From NCBI GenBank assembly GCA_964585855.1, contig CAZPFK010000008.1, positions 1 to 62,469 of the forward strand: 62,469 nt of DNA, written 5' to 3'. The DNA is from an uncultured Vicinamibacteraceae bacterium. Lineage in GTDB: Bacteria > Planctomycetota > Phycisphaerae > Phycisphaerales > UBA5793. The notes below the pieces were generated by a model that was not told the origin of the DNA, did no database searches, and worked only from the letters and a program-made list of their open reading frames with translations. The position numbers and the translations under genes are program-made. Below, piece after piece: positions 6,380 through 15,686 of the stretch (position 1 is its first letter; each line of letters begins with the position of its first letter).

Positions 6380-7942
6380 ATGATCCGATTCTCAGTTCCC
6401 GGACAGGATGCAGCGTCGATTGAGCAGATGCTGCAGCATGCGCATCTGCTGGGGCACGACGACATCGGAGTCAGCGGCGACATCGCGGTGCGGGACGGCG
6501 TGATCTGCTGCGACCGCCAGAGCGAAGAGTCGACGGCCCTTGCGGTGATGGCTGATCTGGGGGAGTGCGGTCGGCTGCTGCTGCAGACGTGTCTGCTCCC
6601 CTCGCGGGATGAGCCGTACCTGCTGCATGTTGAGCTGGCGCGGCACCGCGTGAAGTCGTTCCTGGTCAAATTCGAGGACTGGCAACTCTTCGACCTGCCG
6701 CCTGAGCACACAATTCTGCGCGAGTGGGAGGCGGCCCGGGATGCGCTGGTCCGGGCGCTGGGCATCCAGGAGCGCGACCCGGCCGCGGCCGACGCCCTGG
6801 GGCGGGAGGCGCTGATCGGCGCGATCGGGGCGACCAACCGGCTGGCGATTCTGCACGCCGATGCGCTGCTCTCGATGCGGCTTTCGCTGGGGTCCGAGCC
6901 GCGTCCGGCGCTCGGGTGTGCGGTGCACCAGAGCCAGTTTGCCGAGCCGCTGGGCAAGATCATGTCCACGGATTTCGATTACGTGTCACTGCCGATCCGC
7001 TGGCGGGAGCTGGAGCCGGAGGAAGGTCAGTACGACTGGTCGCGGTACGACCGGTGGATGGAGTGGGCGCGGCGGGCGCGGTGTCCGGTGATGCTGGGGC
7101 CGATTATCGATTTTCGCGCGCTTGCGGTTCCGGAATGGCTGTACATCTGGGAGCATGACTACGACACGACCTACGACCTGCTGCACGAGCACATCGAGGC
7201 GATCGTGAACCGCTACCGGGATGTGGTGACGATCTGGAACGTCGTCAGCAGCGTCCACATCAACGACAGCTTCACGCTGGGCTACGAGCAGCTGATGGAC
7301 CTGACCCGCATGGCGACCTCGCTGGTGAAGTCGCTGCACCCGGCGGGAAAGGTGATGATCGAGATCTCCGAGGTCTTCGGCGAGTACTACGCGCAGAACA
7401 ACAAGTCGCTTCCGCCGATCGTCTACGCCGAGACGGTGGCATCGGCCGGCTTCAACCTCGACTGCCTCGGCGTGCGGCTTCTGCTGGGGCACCACAAGCG
7501 CGGCATGGCGACGCGCGACCTCTTCCAGGTCAGTTCGCTGCTGGACCGTCTTGTGCACCTGGAGTTGCCGGTAATCATCTCGGCCCTGGGGGCTCCGAGC
7601 CGCAGGCCTGCGGTACAGAACGGGGTTGATCCGGCAGGTCACCTGGGCACACCGTGGGATCCGCAGGTGCAAAGCGACTGGCTGGCGCGGGCGTGCGCGA
7701 TGGCGGCGAGCAAGCCGTTCGTCGAGTCGGTCTGCGTCCACGAGCTCTTTGACCACGCGGCGTCGGAGCTGCCGGCGGCGGGCCTGATCACCTCATCGGG
7801 GCGGGCCAAGCCCTCGCTGGCGCGGATGGGGGAGGTCCATGGCGAGCTTTCGCGACGGTCGCTTCGCTGTTCGATCCCCTCGGAGCGCGACTGGGTGGAA
7901 CGGATGAGCGATGAAGCCCTGGATTACATGCCGCCGGAGTGA
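6380..7942 (+). CDS. Cytoplasmic GH10-like TIM-barrel protein (possibly non-catalytic)
   Basis: DWSRYDRWMEWARR ... PEWL ... HIEAIVNRYRDVVTIWNVVSS ... LPVIISALG aligns by eye with the GH10 blocks (WDVVNE, ITELD). No signal peptide. The start ATG at 6380 is preferred over the ORF-track start 6287. Confidence 0.55.
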   Translation: MIRFSVPGQDAASIEQMLQHAHLLGHDDIGVSGDIAVRDGVICCDRQSEESTALAVMADLGECGRLLLQTCLLPSRDEPYLLHVELARHRVKSFLVKFEDWQLFDLPPEHTILREWEAARDALVRALGIQERDPAAADALGREALIGAIGATNRLAILHADALLSMRLSLGSEPRPALGCAVHQSQFAEPLGKIMSTDFDYVSLPIRWRELEPEEGQYDWSRYDRWMEWARRARCPVMLGPIIDFRALAVPEWLYIWEHDYDTTYDLLHEHIEAIVNRYRDVVTIWNVVSSVHINDSFTLGYEQLMDLTRMATSLVKSLHPAGKVMIEISEVFGEYYAQNNKSLPPIVYAETVASAGFNLDCLGVRLLLGHHKRGMATRDLFQVSSLLDRLVHLELPVIISALGAPSRRPAVQNGVDPAGHLGTPWDPQVQSDWLARACAMAASKPFVESVCVHELFDHAASELPAAGLITSSGRAKPSLARMGEVHGELSRRSLRCSIPSERDWVERMSDEALDYMPPE

Positions 7943-8295
7943 GAGGTATGGCTGAGGGGTCGCCGACGCCTGAGGACCGGGCTGATTCGATCGTGCTGGC
8001 TGCGGTGACGCTCGCGGCGACGGCGGGGCTGCTGGTATGCACGATCGTGCCGGCGCGGCTGGACTCGGCGGGGCGGGCAGCGCTGGAGGCGGAGGTGGAC
8101 ATGCGGCTGAACGTAAACACGGCCTCGGCGGGGGCGCTGCAGGCGTTGCCGGGGGTTGGGCCGGCGCTCTCGGGGGCGATCGTTGCCGAGCGGGAGTCGG
8201 GGGGAGGGTTTGAGAGCACGGCTGACCTTGAGCGCGTGAAGGGAATCGGGCCGGTGATCCGGGGCCGGCTGGAGCCGTATGTGGTGGCTGAATAA
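7939..8295 (+). CDS. comEA: ComEA-like helix-hairpin-helix DNA-binding protein
   Basis: N-terminal TM helix, then LNVNTASAGALQALPGVGPALSGAIV ... LERVKGIGPVIRGRLEPYV (tandem HhH). The start is GTG 7939 (overlapping the upstream stop) or ATG 7948. Confidence 0.85.
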   Translation: MRGMAEGSPTPEDRADSIVLAAVTLAATAGLLVCTIVPARLDSAGRAALEAEVDMRLNVNTASAGALQALPGVGPALSGAIVAERESGGGFESTADLERVKGIGPVIRGRLEPYVVAE

Positions 8296-8360
8296 ATCGG
8301 AGTGCGCGGGAGTTGTTTCAGTGTCGTGCCGGGCCGACCTTGCAGGGTCTGATAAGTCGG

Positions 8361-8385
8361 GGACCGTTATCTCCGGTCCGTTTTT
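8361..8385 (+). terminator. Putative intrinsic terminator after comEA
   Basis: GGACCG-ttatctc-CGGTCC followed by GTTTTT, 66 nt after the comEA stop. Confidence 0.5.
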
Positions 8386-8535
8386 GCAAAGCCGCGATGA
8401 GATTGTGCGTGCATTGCTGGGAAATCGGGGTACTCTGAAACTGCCGGAGGCCGGTTCGGGTATCTGATGAGTGCCGGCCCGGATGGCGTTGTTTGTCCAA
8501 TGGAAGAGTTGCTGCCTACGGAGGAGGAGTCGGAG

Positions 8536-9429
8536 ATGCTTCACCGGATGATGATTGGAGCGGCCGCGGCGTGCGCCCTGGCGGCGGGGAGCGCGGCAGG
8601 TGCGTACCCCGTGTACGGAACATTCGTCGAAGGAGACTGCTCGGCGTGCCATGACGATGAGATTTCGACGGATCGTTTCGAGACCTTCGATTTCATCGGG
8701 CAGATCGATCCGCCCGGAGGCATCGGTCAGCTGAACTACTTCACGGTGCAGGCCGGGAACGATGTCTCCATCGGCGTGCGGGCGCTGGACGGCGAAGAGG
8801 ATTACGCCTTTGTCGTTCGCGGCACAGATGATCCGAGCATCGAGGGCGACGGGCCGCTGCTCTTTGAGCCGACGACGCCTGAGTTCATCGACTACGGGCC
8901 GTTAAGCGATGTTCGGTATTTTGCGGCCGCCGACGGCGACACGGACGGGTACGACTGGCTGACGACTGACCCGACGGAGTTGACTTTTGATATGGCGATC
9001 AATCTCGCCACGCCTCCGGGGTACTACGTGATCTCGACCTCGCTCTCGGGGCGTGATCCATCGCGGGCGGGGTGGTACCAGGAGGAACTGGTCTATCTCG
9101 AGGTGACGGCAAACCCGGCAGTCTTCAGTCTGGAGGCGACGCAACTGGTGCGGGGGCAGCGGGCGACATTGCAGGCGACGGGAGCGACGGCGAACAGGCC
9201 GGTCTACTTCGTCTACAGTCTGAGCGGGTACGGGAACACGTTTGTCCCGCAACTGGGCATCGCATTGGCGCTGGAGAACCCGGTGCTGGGCGCGCAGGGG
9301 CAGGCGAACGGGTCGGGAACGGCGACGGTGCAGGTGCCGATCCCGGCGTCGATTCCGCCGGTCACGGTGTACCTGCAGGCAGCGCAGCCGAACCGGGCGA
9401 GCGACGTGGAGGTCCGGCAGGTTCAGTAA
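8536..9429 (+). CDS. Secreted hypothetical protein with an N-terminal CSACH motif and a C-terminal module shared with the FG-GAP giants
   Basis: ATG 8536 follows GGAGGAGGAG. Signal peptide MLHRMMIGAAAACALAAGSAAGA. CXXCH at 8638..8652. The last ~100 aa align with the C-termini of the 53473..56160 and 56211..58826 products. Confidence 0.7.
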   Translation: MLHRMMIGAAAACALAAGSAAGAYPVYGTFVEGDCSACHDDEISTDRFETFDFIGQIDPPGGIGQLNYFTVQAGNDVSIGVRALDGEEDYAFVVRGTDDPSIEGDGPLLFEPTTPEFIDYGPLSDVRYFAAADGDTDGYDWLTTDPTELTFDMAINLATPPGYYVISTSLSGRDPSRAGWYQEELVYLEVTANPAVFSLEATQLVRGQRATLQATGATANRPVYFVYSLSGYGNTFVPQLGIALALENPVLGAQGQANGSGTATVQVPIPASIPPVTVYLQAAQPNRASDVEVRQVQ

Positions 9430-9466
9430 CCGGGACACCCGGCTTGCCTGACAGCATTGAGATCCA

Positions 9467-9501
9467 ACAATCGCGGTGCAGAGCGCCGTGATTGTTTTTT
9501 T
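9467..9501 (+). terminator. Putative intrinsic terminator
   Basis: 10-bp stem ACAATCGCGG/CCGTGATTGT (one G-U pair), a 9-nt loop, then a T7 tract; 38 nt after the stop at 9429. Confidence 0.65.
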
Positions 9502-9542
9502 GACTCAGTCAGGCCCGGATGGGGCCGGAAGGAAGGTGTCGG

Positions 9543-10013
9543 ATGGGCGTTGAGAAGGGCACGAAGGCTCCAGCGTTTGAATTGCCGTACGAACCGGGCA
9601 AGACGGTGAATCTCGCAGAGATGCTTGGGAAGGAAAAGGTGGTGCTGCTGTTCATGCCGCTGGCCTTCTCCGGGGTGTGCACCAAGGAGATGTGCACGAT
9701 GCGGGATGACTGGAAGAAGTGGGAAGCCCTGGGGGCGAAGGTTTTCGGGGTGTGCCCGGACAGCCCCTTTGTGACGGCGAAGTTCCGCGAGAGCGAGAAC
9801 ATCCCCTACCCGATTCTCTCTGACTTCAACCGCGACGTGAGCAAAGCTTGGGGCGGCGTGCATCCGGACCTGAAGGGGATGCGGGATGTGCCGAAGCGCT
9901 CAGCTTTCGTGATCGACTCGACGGGAACGGTGGCGTACGCGTGGGTTTCGGAGACGCCGGCCAACGAGCCGCCGTACGAGGAGCTGGCGGCTGCGGTGAA
10001 GAGCGCGAAGTAG
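9543..10013 (+). CDS. Peroxiredoxin (AhpC/TSA-Redoxin family)
   Basis: KVVLLFMPLAFSGVCTKEMC peroxidatic-Cys context. ATG 9543 follows GGAAGGAAGG; the ORF-track start 9519 is possible. Confidence 0.85.
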   Translation: MGVEKGTKAPAFELPYEPGKTVNLAEMLGKEKVVLLFMPLAFSGVCTKEMCTMRDDWKKWEALGAKVFGVCPDSPFVTAKFRESENIPYPILSDFNRDVSKAWGGVHPDLKGMRDVPKRSAFVIDSTGTVAYAWVSETPANEPPYEELAAAVKSAK

Positions 10014-10053
10014 TCCGCGCCGGCCAGTCGGGTGAACGGGAGTCGGGCGTGCG

Positions 10054-11976
10054 GTGATTATGGAGCCGGGCGTGACCCTCTCGATTCGCTGGAAGCTGAT
10101 TCTCGCCATCGCGGCACCGCTGCTGTTGATTTACCTGTTGTCACTGGCAGTGATTGTCACCAAACTGCGTGAGCAAGGCGTTCGGGAGCAGCAGCGGCAA
10201 CAGGTGGCTCTGGTGAGCAGCCAGGCCGATCGCCTTGATGCGCGCTTTGCAGAGATCGCACGGATCGCCGACGCGACGGCGTCCCTGCTGACGCGGGTCG
10301 GCGGGCTGACCGAGGAACATCTGTTCTCCATTCTGGAGGGAAATGTCGCGGGCCACGAGTTGGTTTACGGCTCGTGCATTGCATTCGTTCCTGAGGCGAG
10401 AGATGGTCAGCGCCGGCTCTTTGCGCCATACGTTCACCGTTCCGGCTCGACGCTGGTGCGGGTCGAAGTGGCATCAGAGGCGTACGACTATGCCGATGGT
10501 TCGTGGGAGTGGTACTCAGCGCCCGAGGCGACGGGTCAACCGATCTGGACTGACCCGTTCTTCGATGAGGGTGCCGGCGACATCGTGATGTGCACTTATT
10601 CAGCTCCGTTCTTTCGTGACGGAGCGTTTGCGGGAGTGGCGACGGTGGATGTTCCGATCGACGAACTCCAGCACCATCCCGAGCTGGCGTCTTTGCGCGA
10701 GGGGATGTTTCTGATCCTCAGCCGCAACGGTTGGCTGGTCTCGGAGCCTGGCACCACAGAACCGTCGCGTCGGACCATCTTTGAGGTTGCGGCTGATACC
10801 GGTGTCGGCGAACTGGCGGAGGTTGGTCGGCGGATGCTTGACGGCGGAACCGGAGTGTTGCGAACGACGTCGTTGATTCCGGATCAGCCGACGTGGCTCG
10901 CGTATGCGCCGATCCGGTCGACCGGCTGGTCGCTCGGGACCGGTACACCCGAAGACGAGGTCCTTCAGTTTCAACGTGATCAACTGAAGGTGGCAAGCGT
11001 TGGGCTGGCCGTCACACTGATCCTCATGATCGGCAGTGTCTGGTGGGTCGGGACACGGCTGGTCCGACCGATCGAGCGGCTGAGCAAGGCGGTCAGCAAC
11101 GTCGGAGAGGGGAATCTGACGGCCGATGTGTCTCTCGATATGCGCGGCGACGAGATCGGTGCACTGGCAGCGGCCTTCAATCGGATGGTGGCGGATCTTC
11201 GGCGGTATGTGTCCGAACTGACGCATGAAACGAAGGCCCGCGAGGCGGTAGAGAGCGAACTTCGAGTTGCAAGGCAGATTCAGCGCTCCCTGCTGCCGCA
11301 GAAGTTTCCTCCCTTTCCTGAAAAGCGGGAGTTTGATCTTTATGCTGAGAACCGTGCGGCGAGGCGGGTCGCCGGCGACTTCTACGACTTTGACCTCATC
11401 GACGGGCAGCTGTATTTTGCAATCGGAGATGTATCCGGCAAGGGTGTGCCGGCCGCGCTCTTCATGGCTGTGACGCGTACGCTGCTGCGAAACCTGGTCC
11501 GGTCGGAGACCTCGCCGGGGCAGGTCTTGGCGAGTGCAAACGAATTGCTGCGACGGGACAACGTGGGATCGTTGTTCGTCACGCTCTTTCTCGGCTTCTA
11601 TGACATCGAGTCCGGGGTGCTGCGCTATGCCAACGCCGGCCACCCGCGTCCTGTGCTCGTGTCGAAGTGTGGTGGTGCGGTGCAGGTCGGGGAAGTGACG
11701 GGGACGATCCTGGGGATTCTTGAATCCGAATCCTACGGTGACGGTGAACTTCGGCTGAGCAGAGGCGAGAGTCTCGTGGTGTACACTGACGGCGTGACGG
11801 ACGCCTTGGCTGCGGAAGGCGAGTTCTTCGGCGAGCAGCGCATGCTGGACTCGCTGGCCCGCCATGCACTGCAGGGCGAGGGCAACATATGTCAGTCACT
11901 GGTGAACGATGTAGAGGACTTTCAGGGTCCCAAGCGCCATGACGACATCACCGTGCTGGTGATTCGTCGGAATTGA
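10054..11976 (+). CDS. Membrane sensor PP2C phosphatase (Cache-like periplasmic domain, HAMP, SpoIIE/RsbU-type PP2C)
   Basis: An N-terminal TM helix, a ~280-aa extracytoplasmic region and a second TM helix. HAMP (RPIERLSKAVSNVGEGNL...FNRMVADLR). PP2C motifs GDFYDF and GDVSGKGVPAALFMA. Confidence 0.9.
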   Translation: MIMEPGVTLSIRWKLILAIAAPLLLIYLLSLAVIVTKLREQGVREQQRQQVALVSSQADRLDARFAEIARIADATASLLTRVGGLTEEHLFSILEGNVAGHELVYGSCIAFVPEARDGQRRLFAPYVHRSGSTLVRVEVASEAYDYADGSWEWYSAPEATGQPIWTDPFFDEGAGDIVMCTYSAPFFRDGAFAGVATVDVPIDELQHHPELASLREGMFLILSRNGWLVSEPGTTEPSRRTIFEVAADTGVGELAEVGRRMLDGGTGVLRTTSLIPDQPTWLAYAPIRSTGWSLGTGTPEDEVLQFQRDQLKVASVGLAVTLILMIGSVWWVGTRLVRPIERLSKAVSNVGEGNLTADVSLDMRGDEIGALAAAFNRMVADLRRYVSELTHETKAREAVESELRVARQIQRSLLPQKFPPFPEKREFDLYAENRAARRVAGDFYDFDLIDGQLYFAIGDVSGKGVPAALFMAVTRTLLRNLVRSETSPGQVLASANELLRRDNVGSLFVTLFLGFYDIESGVLRYANAGHPRPVLVSKCGGAVQVGEVTGTILGILESESYGDGELRLSRGESLVVYTDGVTDALAAEGEFFGEQRMLDSLARHALQGEGNICQSLVNDVEDFQGPKRHDDITVLVIRRN

Positions 11977-12004
11977 GGACACAATCGTGTGCCGGATCCA
12001 GAAG

Positions 12005-14080
12005 TCACTTACGGCGGCGAGAGCGCGCCGAAGTCTTCTTCTCCACCTGTGAGCGACGGACCTTTTCGTCTGCGGGCTGCTGCCTGAGCAGAGCGACCTG
12101 GTCGCGGAGTTGTGCTGCGCGTTCGAAGTCAAGGCTTTCGGCCGCGTCGAGCATCTCGGCCTCGATGATGGAGGCGAGTTCATCGCGGTCGAAGGTCTCC
12201 TCGGCAGCGCCGACGGCGTCGCGGACGGTTCTGGATGCCTTGACCTCCATCTCAATGCCGCGGCGGATGGCCTTGGTGATCTGGGTGGGGGTGATGCCGT
12301 GCTCTTCGTTGTAGGCCAGTTGTGTGGCGCGTCGGCGGGCGGTTTCGTCGATGGCGGCCTGCATCGAGGGGGTGACCTTGTCGGCGTACATGATGACGCG
12401 GGCGTCGATGTTGCGGGCGCAGCGGCCGATGGTCTGGATGAGACTGGTCGTGGAGCGGAGGAAGCCCTCCTTGTCGGCATCGAGGATGGCGACCATGGAG
12501 ACTTCGGGGAGGTCGAGGCCTTCACGGAGAAGGTTGACGCCGACGAGGACGTCGAACTCGCCTTCGCGGAGGGCGCGGAGGATTTCGAGGCGTTCGAGTG
12601 TGTCGATTTCGCTGTGGAGGTAGCGGACCTTGAGGCCCTTCTCGCCGAGGTAGCGGGTGAGGTCTTCGCACAGGCGCTTGGTCAGCGCGGTGACGAGGAT
12701 GCGCTGGTTGCGGTCCGCGCGTTCGCGGCAGCGTTCGATGAGGTCGGAGACCTGGCCGGAGGCCGGGAGAATGACGATCTCGGGATCGACCAGGCCGGTG
12801 GGGCGGATGATCTGTTCGACGATGGTTCCGCCGGTCCGTTCGAGTTCGTAGGGGCCCGGGGTAGCGCTGACGTAAAGGACGCGGGGGACGAGCTCCTCGA
12901 ACTCTTCGAAGCGGAGCGGGCGGTTGTCCATCGCGCTTGGGAGTCGAAAGCCGTGGTCCACAAGGGTCTGCTTGCGAGAGCGGTCGCCGAAGAACATGCC
13001 GGAGATCTGCGGGACGGTCACGTGGGATTCGTCGATCATGACGATCCAGTCGTCGGCGGGTCGGCCGGGGACGTGATTGAAGTAGTCGAGAAGTGTGAAC
13101 GGGCGGCTGCCGGGGGGGCGGCCATCGAGGTGTCTGGCGTAGTTTTCGATGCCGGAACAGAAGCCGACTTCCTGGATCATCTCGACGTCGTACTTCGTCC
13201 GGGCCATGAGGCGGTGGGCTTCGAGGAGACGGCCCTGGCCCTTGAGGCGTTGCACCTGCTCTTCGAGTTCGGCGTTGATGCCGTCGAGGGCGCTCTGCAG
13301 CTGCTCCTCGGGGAGCATGTATTGAACGGCGGGGAAGATGAAGAGACGCGGGGCGTCGGTGACGACCTCCATCGTGACCGGGTTGAGGACCTGGAGGCGC
13401 TCGATGGAATCGCCGAAGAGTTCGACGCGGACGGCGATCTCCTCGTTTGCGGGGTGAATCTCGATGACGTCGCCTCGGACGCGGAAAGCGCCGCGCTTGA
13501 GGTCCATCTCGTTGCGCGCGTACTGCATGTCGGTGAGGCCGATGAGGAGGTCGCGGCGATTGATGCGCGTACCGGCTTCGAGGAGGAGGACGCGCTTCTT
13601 GAACTCGAGGGGTGAGCCGAGGCCGAAGATGCAGGAGACGCTTGCGACGACAATGACGTCATCACGGGAGACGAGGTGGCTGGTGGCGGCGAGACGGAGG
13701 CGGTCGAGATCGTCGTTTCTCGAGGCGTCTTTTTCGATGTAGATGTCGCGCTGGGGGATGTAGGCCTCGGGCTGGTAGTAGTCGTAGTAGGAGACGAAGT
13801 AGGCGACGGCGTTGTGTGGGAAGAGCTCCTTCATCTCCTCGTAGAGCTGGGCGGCGAGGGTCTTGTTGTGGCTGATGATGAGGGTGGGCTTGCCGAGGCG
13901 GGCGATGACGTTTGCCATCGTGAAGGTCTTGCCGGTCCCGGTGGCGCCGACGAGGGTGGCGTGGCGGGCGCCGTGCTCAAAGGCGTCGGCGATGGCATCG
14001 ATGGCTGCGGGCTGATCGCCGACGGGCTGATAGCCGCTGACCAGGCGAAAGGGGTTGGCCGGCGCGGTGGATACGGTCAC
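12005..14080 (-). CDS. uvrB: Excinuclease ABC subunit B
   Basis: GATGTGKTFT Walker A, DESH box, helicase motifs and a C-terminal UVR domain (EMLDAAESLDFERAAQLRDQV). Confidence 0.98.
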   Translation of the reverse strand: MTVSTAPANPFRLVSGYQPVGDQPAAIDAIADAFEHGARHATLVGATGTGKTFTMANVIARLGKPTLIISHNKTLAAQLYEEMKELFPHNAVAYFVSYYDYYQPEAYIPQRDIYIEKDASRNDDLDRLRLAATSHLVSRDDVIVVASVSCIFGLGSPLEFKKRVLLLEAGTRINRRDLLIGLTDMQYARNEMDLKRGAFRVRGDVIEIHPANEEIAVRVELFGDSIERLQVLNPVTMEVVTDAPRLFIFPAVQYMLPEEQLQSALDGINAELEEQVQRLKGQGRLLEAHRLMARTKYDVEMIQEVGFCSGIENYARHLDGRPPGSRPFTLLDYFNHVPGRPADDWIVMIDESHVTVPQISGMFFGDRSRKQTLVDHGFRLPSAMDNRPLRFEEFEELVPRVLYVSATPGPYELERTGGTIVEQIIRPTGLVDPEIVILPASGQVSDLIERCRERADRNQRILVTALTKRLCEDLTRYLGEKGLKVRYLHSEIDTLERLEILRALREGEFDVLVGVNLLREGLDLPEVSMVAILDADKEGFLRSTTSLIQTIGRCARNIDARVIMYADKVTPSMQAAIDETARRRATQLAYNEEHGITPTQITKAIRRGIEMEVKASRTVRDAVGAAEETFDRDELASIIEAEMLDAAESLDFERAAQLRDQVALLRQQPADEKVRRSQVEKKTSARSRRRK

Positions 14081-14110
14081 GGGAGATGATAGGGAGGCGT
14101 GCGATGGGCC

Positions 14111-15031
14111 TCACATGCCGGAGTCGAGCATGAAACCGCCGAAGGACTGGCTGACGGCCTCATCGAGTCGCTGCTGGATGAGTTCATCGCGGCGAGCCGC
14201 GCGGTCGGCGAGGCGGGCCTTGAGGTCGGCCAGCTGCGTTTCGAGGGTCTGAAGGTCGAGCTGGCGTTGCTGCTGCTGGATGTCGAAGAGGGCGGCGAAC
14301 TGCTCGCGCAGCTGCTCTTTGAGGAGTTCCATCTCGGGGGTCTCGGGACCGTCGGATTCCTCGCGTGCCTGGGAGTAGCGGATCTGGAGGTCGAGGAGGC
14401 GACCGCGGGTGCGCTGTTCTTCGAGCTGGAGGCGGTAGGCGTCGGGGTTGGAGTTGCGCAGGGCGACCAGTTCGAGCCACTGCTGGCCGCGCCGCTCGAT
14501 CATGCCGCGGAAGGCGTCGGGGTTCTGGGTCCGCAGTGCGGTGAGATTCTCGTGGAAGGCGGGGGCGAAGTCGGCCATGACGTCGAGGATGCCGTCGATC
14601 TGCTCATCGGTGAGGGGGGCGCGGCGGCTGTCGCCGTTGCGGCCCGGCCAGACCAGTCGGTCGCCGCCCCGGCGTCCGGGGTCGAAGTCGTCGAGTTTGT
14701 CGTTGTCGGAGCCGCGCCGCGCGCCGGGGTCGAGGGGGTTGCCGGCAGGGGACTCGGGGCGGGCGGTGACGGCGAAGGGGCGGCCCCGGGAGGCGGTGAT
14801 GATTTCGAGAATGGCGTCGGCATCGCGGCCCCGCAGGGGTTCACCGTCAACGAGAACGGAGAGGGGACCCTCGGGGGCCTCCTGGAGAAGTTCGACGCGG
14901 AGGACGTGAACCTCGCGGGAGGCGGCCGGGGCCGGCGTCTCGGGTTGGGCATTCTGCGCGCGGCCGGTGATGACGGGGGCGGCGGCGAGAGCGGCGATGG
15001 TGAGGAGGAGTGCGGTGCGGGGGAGGGACAT
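14111..15031 (-). CDS. Periplasmic coiled-coil protein with an LTXXQ-like motif (Spy/CpxP/metal-sensor-like?)
   Basis: Signal peptide MSLPRTALLLTIAALAAAPV, LTDEQIDGIL, and a long Q/R/E/L-rich helical C-terminal part. It is the third gene after the ECF sigma and anti-sigma genes. ATG 15031 follows GGGAG; the ORF-track TTG at 15058 is an alternative. Confidence 0.5.
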   Translation of the reverse strand: MSLPRTALLLTIAALAAAPVITGRAQNAQPETPAPAASREVHVLRVELLQEAPEGPLSVLVDGEPLRGRDADAILEIITASRGRPFAVTARPESPAGNPLDPGARRGSDNDKLDDFDPGRRGGDRLVWPGRNGDSRRAPLTDEQIDGILDVMADFAPAFHENLTALRTQNPDAFRGMIERRGQQWLELVALRNSNPDAYRLQLEEQRTRGRLLDLQIRYSQAREESDGPETPEMELLKEQLREQFAALFDIQQQQRQLDLQTLETQLADLKARLADRAARRDELIQQRLDEAVSQSFGGFMLDSGM

Positions 15032-15054
15032 GGGAATGCTCCCGATAAGGGCGG

Positions 15055-15672
15055 TCAATAGGTTTCGAGTTGGGCGGCGATCCAGGCGGCGTAATCGGCT
15101 GCGTCATCGACGGTGACGTCGATGAGCTGGGCGGCAGGATCGTTGAGGGTCAGGGACGAGGCGAGGATTGAGGCATGGAGGTTGTTGAAGCGGGATTCGA
15201 GGGCGAGGGATTCGAGGGCGATTTCAGCATCGAAGGTGTCGGTGCGGGAGGCGGCGAGCGCGAGGTTGAGGCGCTGGAAGCGGTCGTCGATCTCGTCAAC
15301 ATCGACCGTGGTATCGGCGGCGATGGGAGTGTTGCCGGGCTTGTTGTTGATCATCTGCGTGCCGAAGCGGAGGGTGAGGCCGACGGCGAGGATGAGGCCT
15401 GCGGCGATGACGACAAAAGGCGTCCACCACGGGGCGCCGGGGGCCGGGAGCATGGAGGGACCGGGATCATCCTCGACGGCCAGTCGCAGAGGAGCCGGCG
15501 GAGCGGCGAGGTGGGGGACGCTGGCGGAGAGGATGCGGCGGGTGAGGCCCGCGGGCAGATGGGCCTGCGAGTCTTCGACGAGGGCGCGGCCGATGAAGTC
15601 ATCGAGCGCGGCGAGGTCGGGGTCGAGGGGAGTGTGCTCGTTGAAGATGTCGGGGTTGAGGTCGTCGTGCAT
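15055..15672 (-). CDS. Putative anti-sigma factor (single-pass membrane protein)
   Basis: Immediately downstream of the ECF sigma gene. A cytoplasmic N-terminal part, one TM helix (WWTPFVVIAAGLILAVGLTL) and a periplasmic C-terminal part. Confidence 0.6.
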   Translation of the reverse strand: MHDDLNPDIFNEHTPLDPDLAALDDFIGRALVEDSQAHLPAGLTRRILSASVPHLAAPPAPLRLAVEDDPGPSMLPAPGAPWWTPFVVIAAGLILAVGLTLRFGTQMINNKPGNTPIAADTTVDVDEIDDRFQRLNLALAASRTDTFDAEIALESLALESRFNNLHASILASSLTLNDPAAQLIDVTVDDAADYAAWIAAQLETY

Positions 15673-15686
15673 GGCTGGAGTCGTGG

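Noticed and set aside
8296-8535. A possible structured ncRNA (SRP RNA, 6S RNA or a riboswitch) in the 240-bp comEA-downstream gap, and likewise in 35346..35471 and 40580..40813.
   Set aside because: I could not recognise any conserved ncRNA core motifs (for example the SRP GGAA/AGCA tetraloop context or known riboswitch cores). Only a terminator-like hairpin was seen. This needs an Infernal scan to settle.
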